From: the human T2T-CHM13v2.0 reference genome, Homo sapiens | Assembly: GCF_009914755.1 (NCBI RefSeq) | Contig: NC_060948.1 | Strand: one strand, 5' to 3' | Length of the DNA stretch: 64,000 bases | Part shown: piece after piece, positions 37,651-51,898 of the stretch | How positions within the stretch are numbered: the first letter of the stretch is position 1 | Layout: each line of letters begins with the position of its first letter | Program-made: the position numbers and the translations under genes | The notes under the pieces: model-generated | What the model saw: the letters and a program-made list of their open reading frames with translations, nothing else | Databases searched by the model: none | What the model was told of the DNA's origin: nothing

Positions 37651-40600
37651 GGAAAGGACTCGAATTTCATGAAACGGAATGGAATGAATTAGAACGGAAT
37701 GGACTCGAATGGAATGGAATGTCATGGAATGGCATCAAATGGAATGGCATCAAATGGAATGGAATAGAATGCAATGGAATGCTAAGGAATGGAATGGAAT
37801 GCATTGGAATGGAATGTCCTCTAATGGAATGGATTCGAGTGGAATGGAATCGAATATAATGGAGTCGAATGAAATGGAATTGGAAGGAATGGGATCGAAT
37901 ACAATGGAATATACTGGAATGTAATGTAATGAACTCGAATGTAATTGACTGGAATGGAATGTACATGAATGGAATGTAATCGAATGGAAAGTAATCCAAT
38001 GGAATAGAATCTAATGCAATAAAATCGACTCAGATAGAGTAGAATGTAATGGAATGGAGTGCAGTGCAATGGAATGGAATGGAATGGAATGCAATGGAAT
38101 GGAATGGAATGGAATGGAATGGAATGGAATGGGATGGAATGGTATGGAATGGACAGTAATGGACTGGAGTGAAATGGACTGGAAAGGAATGGACTCAAAT
38201 TGAAAGGGCTCGAAAGGAATAGAGACAAATGGAATGGTCTGGAATGGAATGAACACGAATGTAATGCAATCCAATAGAATGGAATCGAATGGCATGGAAT
38301 ATAAAGAAATGTAATCGAAGAGAATGGAAACAAATGGAATGGAATTGAATGGAATGGAATTGAATGGAATGGGAACGAATGGAGTGAAATTGTATGCAGT
38401 AGAAGAGAATAGAATGGAATGCAAGCGAAAGGAAAGGAATGGATTGGAATGGAATGGAATTCATTGGAATGGAAGGGAATGTAGTGTAATGGACAGGCCT
38501 GGAATAAAGTGGAATGCTACGGTCTCGAATGGAATAAAAATGTATGGAATGGAATGCAATGAAACGGAATCCAATGTCATAGAATGTAATGGAATGCAAA
38601 AAAATGGAATCCAAAATCATTGACTGGAAAGGCTGGGTGTCGAAAGGAATTGACTCCAATGGAATGGAATCGAATGGAATGGAAGTGAATAGAATCGAAC
38701 TAAATCGAATGGAATGGAATTGATAGGAACGGAATGGAAAGGAATGCAATGATTTGGCATGGAATGGAATCGAATGGCATCGAATGGAATGGAATGGAAT
38801 GCAATGGAATGGAATGTATTAGAATGTAATGAACTTTAATGGAATGTACTCGAATGGATTCGACTGGAATGGAATGTTCTGGAAGTGAATGGACTCCAAT
38901 GGAATGGATTCAAAAGGAATGGAATCGTACGGAATGGAATCCAATGGGATGGAATTAAATGGAAATGAATCAAATTGAATAGCACGGAATTGAATTGAAT
39001 GGAATGGAATGCAATGGAATCTAATGAAACGGAAAGGAAAGGAATGGAATGGAATGGAATGGGCTGGAATGGAAAGGAATCGAAACGAATGGAATGGAAT
39101 CGAACTGAAGAGACTGGAATGGAATGCACTGGAATGGAAGGGAGTGTAATGGAAGGTTCTCGAAAAAAATGGAATCGAATGGAATGGAATTGAATGGAAC
39201 GGAATAGAGTCGAATGGAATTGAATGGAATGGAATGGACTAGAGTGAAATGGAATCGAACCACAAGGAATGGACAGGAATAGAATGGTCTCGAATTGAAT
39301 GGGATCGTATGGAATGGCATCAAACGGAATGGAATGGACAGCCACGGAATGGAATGCACTCGAATGCAATGGAGTCGAAACTAATGGACTGGAATAGAAT
39401 GGACTCGACTGGTACGGACTCCAATGGAATGGAATCGAATGGAAGGGAATCGAACGGAATGGACTCGAAGGGAAAAGACTGCAATGGAAAGGTCTCGAAT
39501 GGAATGGAAATTAATGGAATGGAATGGAATGGAATGAAATGGAGTCAAAAGGAATGGAATCGAATGGCAAGAAATCGAATGTAATGGAATCGCAAGGAAT
39601 TGATGTGAACGGAACGGAATGGAATGGAATCCAAAGGAATGGAATAGAATGGAATGGAATCGAATGGAAAGGACTCGAATGGAAATCACTGGAATAGAAT
39701 GCAATTTAATAAAATAGGATCAAATGTAATGGAATGGAATGGAAAGGAATCGAAACGAAAGGAATGGAGACAGATGGAATGGAATGGAACAGAGAGCAAT
39801 GGTATAGAATGGAATGGAATCATCTGGAATGGAATTGAATGGAATGGAATAATATGAAATGGAATGGAATGGAATGGAATGGAATGCCCTTGAATTAAAT
39901 GGACTGGAATGGAATGGACTCGAACAGAGTGGAATGGAAAGTGTTGAGATAGAATGGAATGGACTCCTTTGGAATGGTCTAGTATGCAATGCAATCGACT
40001 GGCAGGGAATCAAAAGGAATGTAATCGAATGGATTGGACTGGAATGCAATGGACTCGAATAGATTGCAAACGGGATGCAAAGGAATGGAATGGAATAGTA
40101 TGGAATGGAATGGAAAGGAATGGAGTGGAATAGACTAGAGTGGAATGGAATGGACTGGAAAGCAATGGACTGGAATGGAACTTTCTTGAATGGACTGGAA
40201 TCAAACGGAATGGAATGCAATGCAATCAAATGGCATGGAATAAAATAGAATGAAAGAGAATCAAATGAAATTGAATCGAATGGAATCGAATGGATTGGAA
40301 AGGAATAGAATGGAATGGAATGGAATGGACTCAAATGGAATGGACTAGAATGGAATGGATTCGAATGGAAGGCAAAGGAATGGAATCTATTGGAATGGAC
40401 TGTAATGGAATGGAATGGAAGGGATTGGAATGGACTCGAATGGAATGGACTGCAATAGAAAGGATTCGAATGGAATGAAAAAGAATTGAATGGAATAGAA
40501 CAGAATGGAATCAAATCGAATGAAATGGAATGGAATAGAAAGGAATGGAATGAAATGGAATGGAAAGGATTCGAATGGAATGCAATCGAATGGAATGGAA

Positions 40601-41209
40601 TCGAACGGAATGGAATAAAATGGAAGAAAACTGGCAAGAAATGGAATCGAAATGAATGGAGTGTTATGGAACGGACTCAAAAGGAATTGAATGTAATAGA
40701 ATGGAGTGGAGTGGACTCGAATATAATGGACTGGAATGGAATGAAATCACATGGAATGGGAACGAATGGAATGGAATGGAAAGGAATGGAATCGAATGGA
40801 AAGGAATCGAATGGAAGGGAATGAAATTGAATCAACAGGAATGGAAGGGAATAGAATAGACGGTAATGGAATGGACTCGAATAGAATGGACACGAATGCT
40901 CAAATTGAATGGACTCGAATGGAATGGAAACGAAAGGAATGTCATCGAATGGAATTGAATCGATTGGAATGAAATCGCATAGAATGGAGTGGAATCAAAT
41001 GGAATTGAATCGAAAGGAAAGGAAGCGAATGGACTGAAATGAAATGGAATGGAATTGAATGGAAAGTAATGCAATGGAATAGAATGGAACGAAATTTCAC
41101 GGAATGGAATCAAACTGAATGGAATCAAATCAATGGAATCAAATCAAATGGAATGGAAAGGAATTGAATGGAGTAGATGGGATTGGATGGGATTGGAATG
41201 AAATGTACT
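37651..41209 (+). repeat. DYZ1 unit U12 (3559 bp)
   Basis: Landmark spacing. Confidence 0.9.
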
Positions 41210-44200
41210 GGAAAGGACTCGAATTTCATGAAACGGAATGGAATGAATTGGAACGGAATGGACTCGAATGGAATGGAATGTCATGGAATGGCATCAAATG
41301 GAATGGCATCAAATGGAATGGAATCGAATGCAATGGAATGCTATGGAATGGAATGGAATGCATTGGAATGGAATGTCCTCTAATGGAATGGATTCGAGTG
41401 GAATGGAATCGAATATAATGGAGTCGAATGAAATGGAATTGAAAGGAATGGGATAGAATACAATGGAATATAATGGAATGTAATGTAATGAACTGGAATG
41501 TAATTCACTGGAATGGAATGTACATGAATGGAATGTAATCGAATGGAAAGTAATCCAATGGAATAGAATCTAATGCAATAAAATCGACTCAGATAGAGTA
41601 GCATGTAATGGAATGGAGTGCAGTGCAATGGAATGGAATGGAATGGAATGCAATGGAATGGAATGGAATGGAATGGAATGGAATGGAATGGAATGGAATG
41701 GGATGGAATGGTATGGAATGGATAGTAATGGACTGGAGTGAAATGGACTGGAAAGGAATGGACTCAAATTGAAAGGGCTCGAAAGGAATGGAGTCAAATG
41801 GAATGGTCTGGAATGGAATGAACACGAATGTAATGCAATCCAATAGAATGGAATCGAATGGCATGGAATATAAAGAAATGGAATCGGAGAGAATGGAAAC
41901 AAATGGAATGGAATTGAATGGAATGGAATTGAATGGAATGGGAACGAATGGAGTGAAATTGTATGCAGTAGAAGGGAATAGAATGGAATGCAAGCAAAAG
42001 GAAAGGAATGGATTGGAATGGAATGGAATTCATTGGAATGGAAGGGAATGTAGTGTAATGGACAGGCCTGGAATAAAGTGGAATGCTACGGTCTCGAATG
42101 GAATAAAAATGTATGGAATGGAATGCAATGAAATGGAATCGAATGTCATAGAATGTAATGGAATGCAACAAAATAGAATCCAATATCATTGACTGGAAAG
42201 GCTGGGTGTCGAAAGGAATTGACTCCAATGGAATGGAATCGAATGGAATGGAAGTGAATAGAATCGAACTAAATCGAATGGAATGGAATTGATAGGAATG
42301 GAATGGAAAGGAATGCAATGATTTGGCATGGAATGGAATCGAATGGCATCAAATGGAATGGAATGGAATGCAATGGAATGGAATGTATTAGAATGGAATG
42401 AACTTTAATGGAATGTACTCGAATGGATTCGACTGGAATGGAATGTTCTGGAAGTGAATGGACTCCAATGGAATGGATTCAAAAGGGATGGAATCGTACG
42501 GAATGGAATCTAATGGAATGGAATTAAATGGAAATGAATCAAATTGAATAGCACGGAATTGAATTGAATGGAATGGAATGCAATGGAATCTAATGAAACG
42601 GAAAGGAAAGGAATGGAATGGAATGGAATGGGCTGGAATGGAAAGGAATCGAAACGAATGGAATGGAATCGAACTGAAGAGACTGGAATGGAATGCACTG
42701 GAATGGAAGGGAGTGTAATGGAAGGTTCTCGAAAAAAATGGAATCGAATGGAATGGAATTGAATGGAACGGAATAGAGTCGAATGGAATTGAATGGAATG
42801 GAATGGACTAGAGTGAAATGGAATCGAACCACAAGGAATGGACAGGAATAGAATGGTCTCGAATTGAATGGGATCGTATGGAATGGCATCAAACGGAATG
42901 GAATGGACAGCCACGGAATGGAATGCACTCGAATGCAATGGAGTCGAAACTAATGGACTGGAATAGAATGGACTCGACTGGTACGGACTCCAATGGAATG
43001 GAATCGAATGGAAGGGAATCGAACGGAATGGACTCGAAGGGAAAAGACTGCAATGGAAAGGTCTCGAATGGAATGGAAATTAATGGAATGGAATGGAATG
43101 GAATGAAATGGAGTCAAAAGGAATGGAATCGAATGGCAAGAAATCGAATGTAATGGAATCGCAAGGAATTGATGTGAACGGAACGGAATGGAATGGAATC
43201 CAAAGGAATGGAATAGAATGGAATGGAATCGAATGGAAAGGACTCGAATGGAAATCACTGGAATAGAATGCAATTTAATAAAATAGGATCAAATGTAATG
43301 GAATGGAATGGAAAGGAATCGAAACGAAAGGAATGGAGACAGATGGAATGGAATGGAACAGAGAGCAATGGTATAGAATGGAATGGAATCATCTGGAATG
43401 GAATTGAATGGAATGGAATAATATGAAATGGAATGGAATGGAATGGAATGGAATGCCCTTGAATTAAATGGACTGGAATGGAATGGACTCGAACAGAGTG
43501 GAATGGAAAGTGTTGAGATAGAATGGAATGGACTCCTTTGGAATGGTCTAGTATGCAATGCAATCGACTGGCAGGGAATCAAAAGGAATGTAATCGAATG
43601 GATTGGACTGGAATGCAATGGACTCGAATAGATTGCAAACGGGATGCAAAGGAATGGAATGGAATAGTATGGAATGGAATGGAAAGGAATGGAGTGGAAT
43701 AGACTAGAGTGGAATGGAATGGACTGGAAAGCAATGGACTGGAATGGAACTTTCTTGAATGGACTGGAATCAAACGGAATGGAATGCAATGCAATCAAAT
43801 GGCATGGAATAAAATAGAATGAAAGAGAATCAAATGAAATTGAATCGAATGGAATCGAATGGATTGGAAAGGAATAGAATGGAATGGAATGGAATGGACT
43901 CAAATGGAATGGACTAGAATGGAATGGATTCGAATGGAAGGCAAAGGAATGGAATCTATTGGAATGGACTGTAATGGAATGGAATGGAAGGGATTGGAAT
44001 GGACTCGAATGGAATGGACTGCAATAGAAAGGATTCGAATGGAATGAAAAAGAATTGAATGGAATAGAACAGAATGGAATCAAATCGAATGAAATGGAAT
44101 GGAATAGAAAGGAATGGAATGAAATGGAATGGAAAGGATTCGAATGGAATGCAATCGAATGGAATGGAATCGAACGGAATGGAATAAAATGGAAGAAAAC

Positions 44201-44778
44201 TGGCAAGAAATGGAATCGAAATGAATGGAGTGTTATGGAACGGACTCAAAAGGAATTGAATGTAATAGAATGGAGTGGAGTGGACTCGAATATAATGGAC
44301 TGGAATGGAATGAAATCACATGGAATGGGAACGAATGGAATGGAATGGAAAGGAATGGAATCGAATGGAAAGGAATCGAATGGAAGGGAATGAAATTGAA
44401 TCAACAGGAATGGAAGGGAATAGAATAGACGGTAATGGAATGGACTCGAATAGAATGGACACGAATGCTCAAATTGAATGGACTCGAATGGAATGGAAAC
44501 GAAAGGAATGTCATCGAATGGAATTGAATCGATTGGAATGAAATCGCATAGAATGGAGTGGAATCAAATGGAATTGAATCGAAAGGAAAGGAAGCGAATG
44601 GACTGAAATGAAATGGAATGGAATTGAATGGAAAGTAAAGCAATGGAATAGAATGGAACGAAATTTCACGGAATGGAATCAAACTGAATGGAATCAAATC
44701 AATGGAATCTAATCAAATGGAATGGAAAGGAATTGAATGGAGTAGATGGGATTGGATGGGATTGGAATGAAATGTACT
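41210..44778 (+). repeat. DYZ1 unit U13 (3569 bp)
   Basis: Landmark spacing. Confidence 0.9.
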
Positions 44779-47700
44779 GGAAAGGACTCGAATTTCATGA
44801 AACGGAATGGAATGAATTGGAACGGAATGGACTCGAATGGAATGGAATGTCATGGAATGGCATCAAATGGAATGGCATCAAATGGAATGGAATCGAATGC
44901 AATGGAATGCTATGGAATGGAATGGAATGCATTGGAATGGAATGTCCTCTAATGGAATGGATTCGAGTGGAATGGAATCGAATATAATGGAGTCGAATGA
45001 AATGGAATTGAAAGGAATGGGATAGAATACAATGGAATATAATGGAATGTAATGTAATGAACTGGAATGTAATTCACTGGAATGGAATGTACATGAATGG
45101 AATGTAATCGAATGGAAAGTAATCCAATGGAATAGAATCTAATGCAATAAAATCGACTCAGATAGAGTAGCATGTAATGGAATGGAGTGCAGTGCAATGG
45201 AATGGAATGGAATGGAATGCAATGGAATGGAATGGAATGGAATGGAATGGAATGGAATGGAATGGAATGGAATGGGATGGAATGGTATGGAATGGATAGT
45301 AATGGACTGGAGTGAAATGGACTGGAAAGGAATGGACTCAAATTGAAAGGGCTCGAAAGGAATGGAGTCAAATGGAATGGTCTGGAATGGAATGAACACG
45401 AATGTAATGCAATCCAATAGAATGGAATCGAATGGCATGGAATATAAAGAAATGGAATCGGAGAGAATGGAAACAAATGGAATGGAATTGAATGGAATGG
45501 AATTGAATGGAATGGGAACGAATGGAGTGAAATTGTATGCAGTAGAAGGGAATAGAATGGAATGCAAGCAAAAGGAAAGGAATGGATTGGAATGGAATGG
45601 AATTCATTGGAATGGAAGGGAATGTAGTGTAATGGACAGGCCTGGAATAAAGTGGAATGCTACGGTCTCGAATGGAATAAAAATGTATGGAATGGAATGC
45701 AATGAAATGGAATCGAATGTCATAGAATGTAATGGAATGCAACAAAATAGAATCCAATATCATTGACTGGAAAGGCTGGGTGTCGAAAGGAATTGACTCC
45801 AATGGAATGGAATCGAATGGAATGGAAGTGAATAGAATCGAACTAAATCGAATGGAATGGAATTGATAGGAATGGAATGGAAAGGAATGCAATGATTTGG
45901 CATGGAATGGAATCGAATGGCATCAAATGGAATGGAATGGAATGCAATGGAATGGAATGTATTAGAATGGAATGAACTTTAATGGAATGTACTCGAATGG
46001 ATTCGACTGGAATGGAATGTTCTGGAAGTGAATGGACTCCAATGGAATGGATTCAAAAGGGATGGAATCGTACGGAATGGAATCTAATGGAATGGAATTA
46101 AATGGAAATGAATCAAATTGAATAGCACGGAATTGAATTGAATGGAATGGAATGCAATGGAATCTAATGAAACGGAAAGGAAAGGAATGGAATGGAATGG
46201 AATGGGCTGGAATGGAAAGGAATCGAAACGAATGGAATGGAATCGAACTGAAGAGACTGGAATGGAATGCACTGGAATGGAAGGGAGTGTAATGGAAGGT
46301 TCTCGAAAAAAATGGAATCGAATGGAATGGAATTGAATGGAACGGAATAGAGTCGAATGGAATTGAATGGAATGGAATGGACTAGAGTGAAATGGAATCG
46401 AACCACAAGGAATGGACAGGAATAGAATGGTCTCGAATTGAATGGAATCGTATGGAATGGCATCAAACGGAATGGAATGGACAGCCACGGAATGGAATGC
46501 ACTCGAATGCAATGGAGTCGAAACTAATGGACTGGAATAGAATGGACTCGACTGGTACGGACTCCAATGGAATGGAATCGAATGGAAGGGAATCGAACGG
46601 AATGGACTCGAAGGGAAAAGACTGCAATGGAAAGGTCTCGAATGGAATGGAAATTAATGGAATCGAATGGAATCGAATGAAATGGAGTCAAAAGGAATGG
46701 AATCGAATGGCAAGAAATCGAATGTAATGGAATCGCAAGGAATTGATGTGAACGGAACGGAATGGAATGGAATCCAAAGGAATGGAATAGAATGGAATGG
46801 AATCGAATGGAAAGGACTCGAATGGCAATCACTCGAATAGAATGCAATTTAATAAAATAGGATCAAATGTAATGGAATGGAATGGAAAGGAATCGAAACG
46901 AAAGGAATGGAGACAGATGGAATGGAATGGAACAGAGAGCAATGGTATAGAATTGAATGGAATCATCTGGAATGGAATTGAATGGAATGGAATAATATGA
47001 AATGGAATGGAATGGAATGGAATGGAATGCCCTTGAATTAAATGGACTGGAATGGAATGGACTCGAACAGAGTGGAATGGAAAGTGTTGAGATAGAATGG
47101 AATGGACTCCTTTGGAATGGTCTAGTATGCAATGCAATCGACTGGCAGGGAATCAAAAGGAATGTAATCGAATGGACTGGACTGGAATGCAATGGACTCG
47201 AATAGATTGGAAACGGGATGCAAAGGAATGGAATGGAATAGTATGGAATGGAATGGAAAGGAATGGCGTGGAATAGACTAGAGTGGAATGGAATGGACTG
47301 GAAAGCAATGGACTGGAATGGAACTTTCTTGAATGGACTGGAATCAAACGGAATGGAATGCAATGCAATCAAATGGCATGGAATAAAATAGAATGAAAGA
47401 GAATCAAATGGAATTGAATCGAATGGAATCGAATGGATTGGAAAGGAATAGAATGGAATGGAATGGAATGGACTCAAATGGAATGGACTAGAATGGAATG
47501 GATTCGAATGGAAGGCAAAGGAATGGAATCTATTGGAATGGACTGTAATGGAATGGAATGGAAGGGATTGGAATGGACTCGAATGGAATGGACTGCAATA
47601 GAAAGGATTCGAATGGAATGAAAAAGAATTGAATGGAATAGAACAGAATGGAATCAAATCGAATGAAATGGAATGGAATAGAAAGGAATGGAATGAAATG

Positions 47701-48337
47701 GAATGGAAAGGATTCGAATGGAATGCAATCGAATGGAATGGAATCGAACGGAATGGAATAAAATGGAAGAAAACTGGCAAGAAATGGAATCGAAATGAAT
47801 GGAGTGTTATGGAACGGACTCAAAAGGAATTGAATGTAATAGAATGGAGTGGAGTGGACTCGAATATAATGGACTGGAATGGAATGAAATCACATGGAAT
47901 GGGAACGAATGGAATGGAATGGAAAGGAATGGAATCGAATGGAAAGGAATCGAATGGAAGGGAATGAAATTGAATCAACAGGAATGGAAGGGAATAGAAT
48001 AGACGGTAATGGAATGGACTCGAATAGAATGGACACGAATGCTCAAATTGAATGGACTCGAATGGAATGGAAACGAAAGGAATGTCATCGAATGGAATTG
48101 AATCGATTGGAATGAAATCGCATAGAATGGAGTGGAATCAAATGGAATTGAATCGAAAGGAAAGGAAGCGAATGGACTGAAATGAAATGGAATGGAATTG
48201 AATGGAAAGTAATGCAATGGAATAGAATGGAACGAAATTTCACGGAATGGAATCAAACTGAATGGAATCAAATCAATGGAATCCAATCAAATGGAATGGA
48301 GTAGATTGGATTGGATGGGATTGGAATGAAATGTACT
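44779..48337 (+). repeat. DYZ1 unit U14 (3559 bp)
   Basis: Landmark spacing. 15-bp deletion near 48295. Confidence 0.9.
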
Positions 48338-51300
48338 GGAAAGGACTCGAATTTCATGAAACGGAATGCAATGAATTGGAACGGAATGGACTCGAATGGA
48401 ATGGAATGTCATAGAATGGCATCAGATGGATTGGCATCAAATGGAATGGAATAGAATGCAATGGAATGCTATGGAATGGAATGGAATGCATTGGAATGGA
48501 ATGTCCTCTAATGGAATGGATTCGAGTGGAATGGAATCGAATATAATGGAGTCGAATGAAATGGAATTGAAAGGAATGGGATCGAATACAATGGAATATA
48601 CTGGAATGTAATGTAATGAACTCGAATGTAATTGACTGGAATGGAATGTACATGAATGGAATGTAATCGAATGGAAAGTAATCCAATGGAATAGAATCTA
48701 ATGCAATAAAATCGACTCAGATAGAGTAGAATGTAATGGAATGGAGTGCAGTGCAATGGAATGGAATGGAATGGAATGCAATGGAATGGAATGGAATGGA
48801 ATGGAATGGAATGGAATGGAATGGAATGGAATGGGATGGAATGGTATGGAATGGATAGTAATGGACTGGAGTGAAATGGACTGGAATGGAATGGACTCAA
48901 ATTGAAAGGGCTCGAAAGGAATGGAGTCAAATGGAATGGTCTGGAATGGAATGAACACGAATGTAATGCAATCCAATAGAATGGAATCGAATGGCATGGA
49001 ATATAGAGAAATGGAATCGAAGAGAATGGAAACAAATGGAATGGAATTGAATGGAATGGAATTGAATGGAATGGGAACGAATGGAGTGAAATTGTATGCA
49101 GTAGAAGGGAATAGAATGGAATGCAAGCGAAAGGAAAGGAATGGATTGGAATGGAATGGAATTCATTGGAATGGAAGGGAATGTAGTGTAATGGACAGGC
49201 CTGGAATAAAGTGGAATGCTACGGTCTCGAATGGAATAAAAATGTATGGAATGGAATGCAATGAAACGGAATCGAATGTCATAGAATGTAATGGAATGCA
49301 AAAAAATGGAATCCAAAATCATTGACTGGAAAGGCTGGGTGTCGAAAGGAATTCACTGCAATGGAATGGAATCGAATGGAATGGAAGTGAATAGAATCGA
49401 ACTAAATCGAATGGAATGGAATTGATAGGAACGGAATGGAAAGGAATGCAATGATTTGGCATGGAATGGAATCGAATGGCATCGAATGGAATGGAATGGA
49501 ATGCAATGGAATGGAATGTATTAGAATGTAATGAACATTAATGGAATGTACTCGAATGGATTCGACTGGAATGGAATGTTCTGGAAGTGAATGGACTCCA
49601 ATGGAATGGATTCGAAAGGAATGGAATCGAACGGAATGGATTCTAATGGAATCGAATTAAATGGAAATGAATCAAATTGAATAGCACGGAATTGAATTGA
49701 ATGGAATCGAATGCAATGGAATCTAATGAAACGGAAAGGAAAGAATGGAATGGAATAGAATGGGCTGGAATGGAAAGGAATCGAAACGAATGGAATGGAA
49801 TCGAACTGAAGAGACTGGAATGGAATGCACTGGAATGGAAGGGAGTGTAATGGAAGGTTCTCGAAAAAAATGGAATGGAATGGAATGCAATTGAATGGAA
49901 CGGAATAGAGTCGAATGGAATTGAATGGAATGGAATGGACTAGAGTGAAATGGAATCGAACCACAAGGAATGGACAGGAATAGAATGGTCTCGAATTGAA
50001 TGGAATCGTATGGAATGGCATCAAACGGAATGGAATGGACAGCCACGGAATGGAATGCACTCGAATGCAATGGAGTCGAAACTAATGGACTGGAATAGAA
50101 TGGACTCGACTGGTACGGACTCCAATGGAATGGAATCGAATGGAAGGGAATCGAACGGAATGGACTCGAAGGGAAAAGACTGCAATGGAAAGGTCTCGAA
50201 TGGAATGGAAATTAATGGGATGGAATGGAATCGAATGAAATGGAGTCAAAAGGAATGGAATCGAATGGTAAGAAATTGAATGTAATGGAATCGCAAGGAA
50301 TTGATGTGAACGGAACGGAATGGAATGGAATCCAAAGGAATGGAATAGAATGGAATGGAATCGAATGGAAAGGACTCGAATGGAAATCACTCGAATAGAA
50401 TGCAATTTAATAAAATAGGATCAAATGTAATAGAATGGAAGGGAAAGGAATCGAAACGGAAGGAATGGAGACAGATGGAATGGAATGGAAGAGAGAGCAA
50501 TAGTATAGAATGGAATGGAATCATCTGGAATGGAATTGAATGGAATGGAATAATATGAAATGGAATGGAATGGAATGGAATGGAATGCCCTTGAATTAAA
50601 TGGACTGGACTCGAACAGAGTGGAATGGAAAGTGCTGATAGAATGGAATGGACTCCTTTGGAATGGTGTAGTATGCAATGCAATCGACTGGCAGGGAATC
50701 AAAAGGAATGTAATGGAATGGATTGGACTGGAATGCAATGGACTCGAATAGATTGGAAACGGAATGCAAAGGAATGGAATGGAATAGTATGGAATGCAAT
50801 GGAAGGGAATGGAGTGGAATAGACTAGAGTGGAATGGAATGGACTGGAAAGCAATGGACTGGAATGGAACTTTCTTGGATGGATTGGAATCAAACGGAAT
50901 GGAATGCAATGCAATCAAATGGCATGGAATAAAATAGAATGAAAGAGAATCAAATGGAATTGAATCGAATGGAATCGAATGGATTGGAAAGGAATAGAAT
51001 GGAATGGAATGGAATTGACTCAAATGGAATGGACTAGAATGGAATGGATTCGAATGGAAGGCAAAGGAATGGAATCTATTGGAATGGACTGTAATGGAAT
51101 GGAATGGAAGGGATTGGAATGGACTCGAATGGAATGGACTGCAATAGAAAGGATTCGAATGGAATGAAAAAGAATTGAATGGAATAGAACAGAATGGAAT
51201 GAAATCGAATGAAATGGAATGGAATAGAAAGGAATGGAATGAAATGGAATGGAAAGGATTCGAATGGAATGCAATCGAATGGAATGGAATCGAACGGAAT

Positions 51301-51898
51301 GGAATAAAATGGAAGAAAACTGGCAAGAAATGGAATCGAAATGAATGGAGTGTTATGGAACGGACTCAAAAGGAATTGAATGTAATAGAATGGAGTGGAG
51401 TGGACTCGAATATAATGGACTGGAATGGAATGAAATCACATGGAATGGGAACGAATGGAATGGAATGGAAAGGAATGGAATCGAATGGAAAGGAATCGAA
51501 TGGAAGGGAATGAAATTGAATCAACAGGAATGGAAGGGAATAGAATAGACGGTAATGGAATGGACTCGAATAGAATGGACACGAATGCTCAAATTGAATG
51601 GACTCGAATGGAATGGAAACGAAAGGAATGTCATCGAATGGAATTGAATCGATTGGAATGAAATCGCATAGAATGGAGTGGAATCAAATGGAATTGAATC
51701 GAAAGGAAAGGAAGCGAATGGACTGAAATGAAATGGAATGGAATTGAATGGAAAGTAATGCAATGGAATAGAATGGAACGAAATTTCACGGAATGGAATC
51801 AAACTGAATGGAATCAAATCAACGGAATCTAATCAAATGGAATGGAAAGGAATTGAATGGAGTAGATTGGATTGGATGGGATTGGAATGAAATGTACT
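48338..51898 (+). repeat. DYZ1 unit U15 (3561 bp), relatively divergent
   Basis: Landmark spacing. 1-bp deletion near 49742, and 10-bp plus 2-bp deletions at 50605-50640. Confidence 0.9.
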
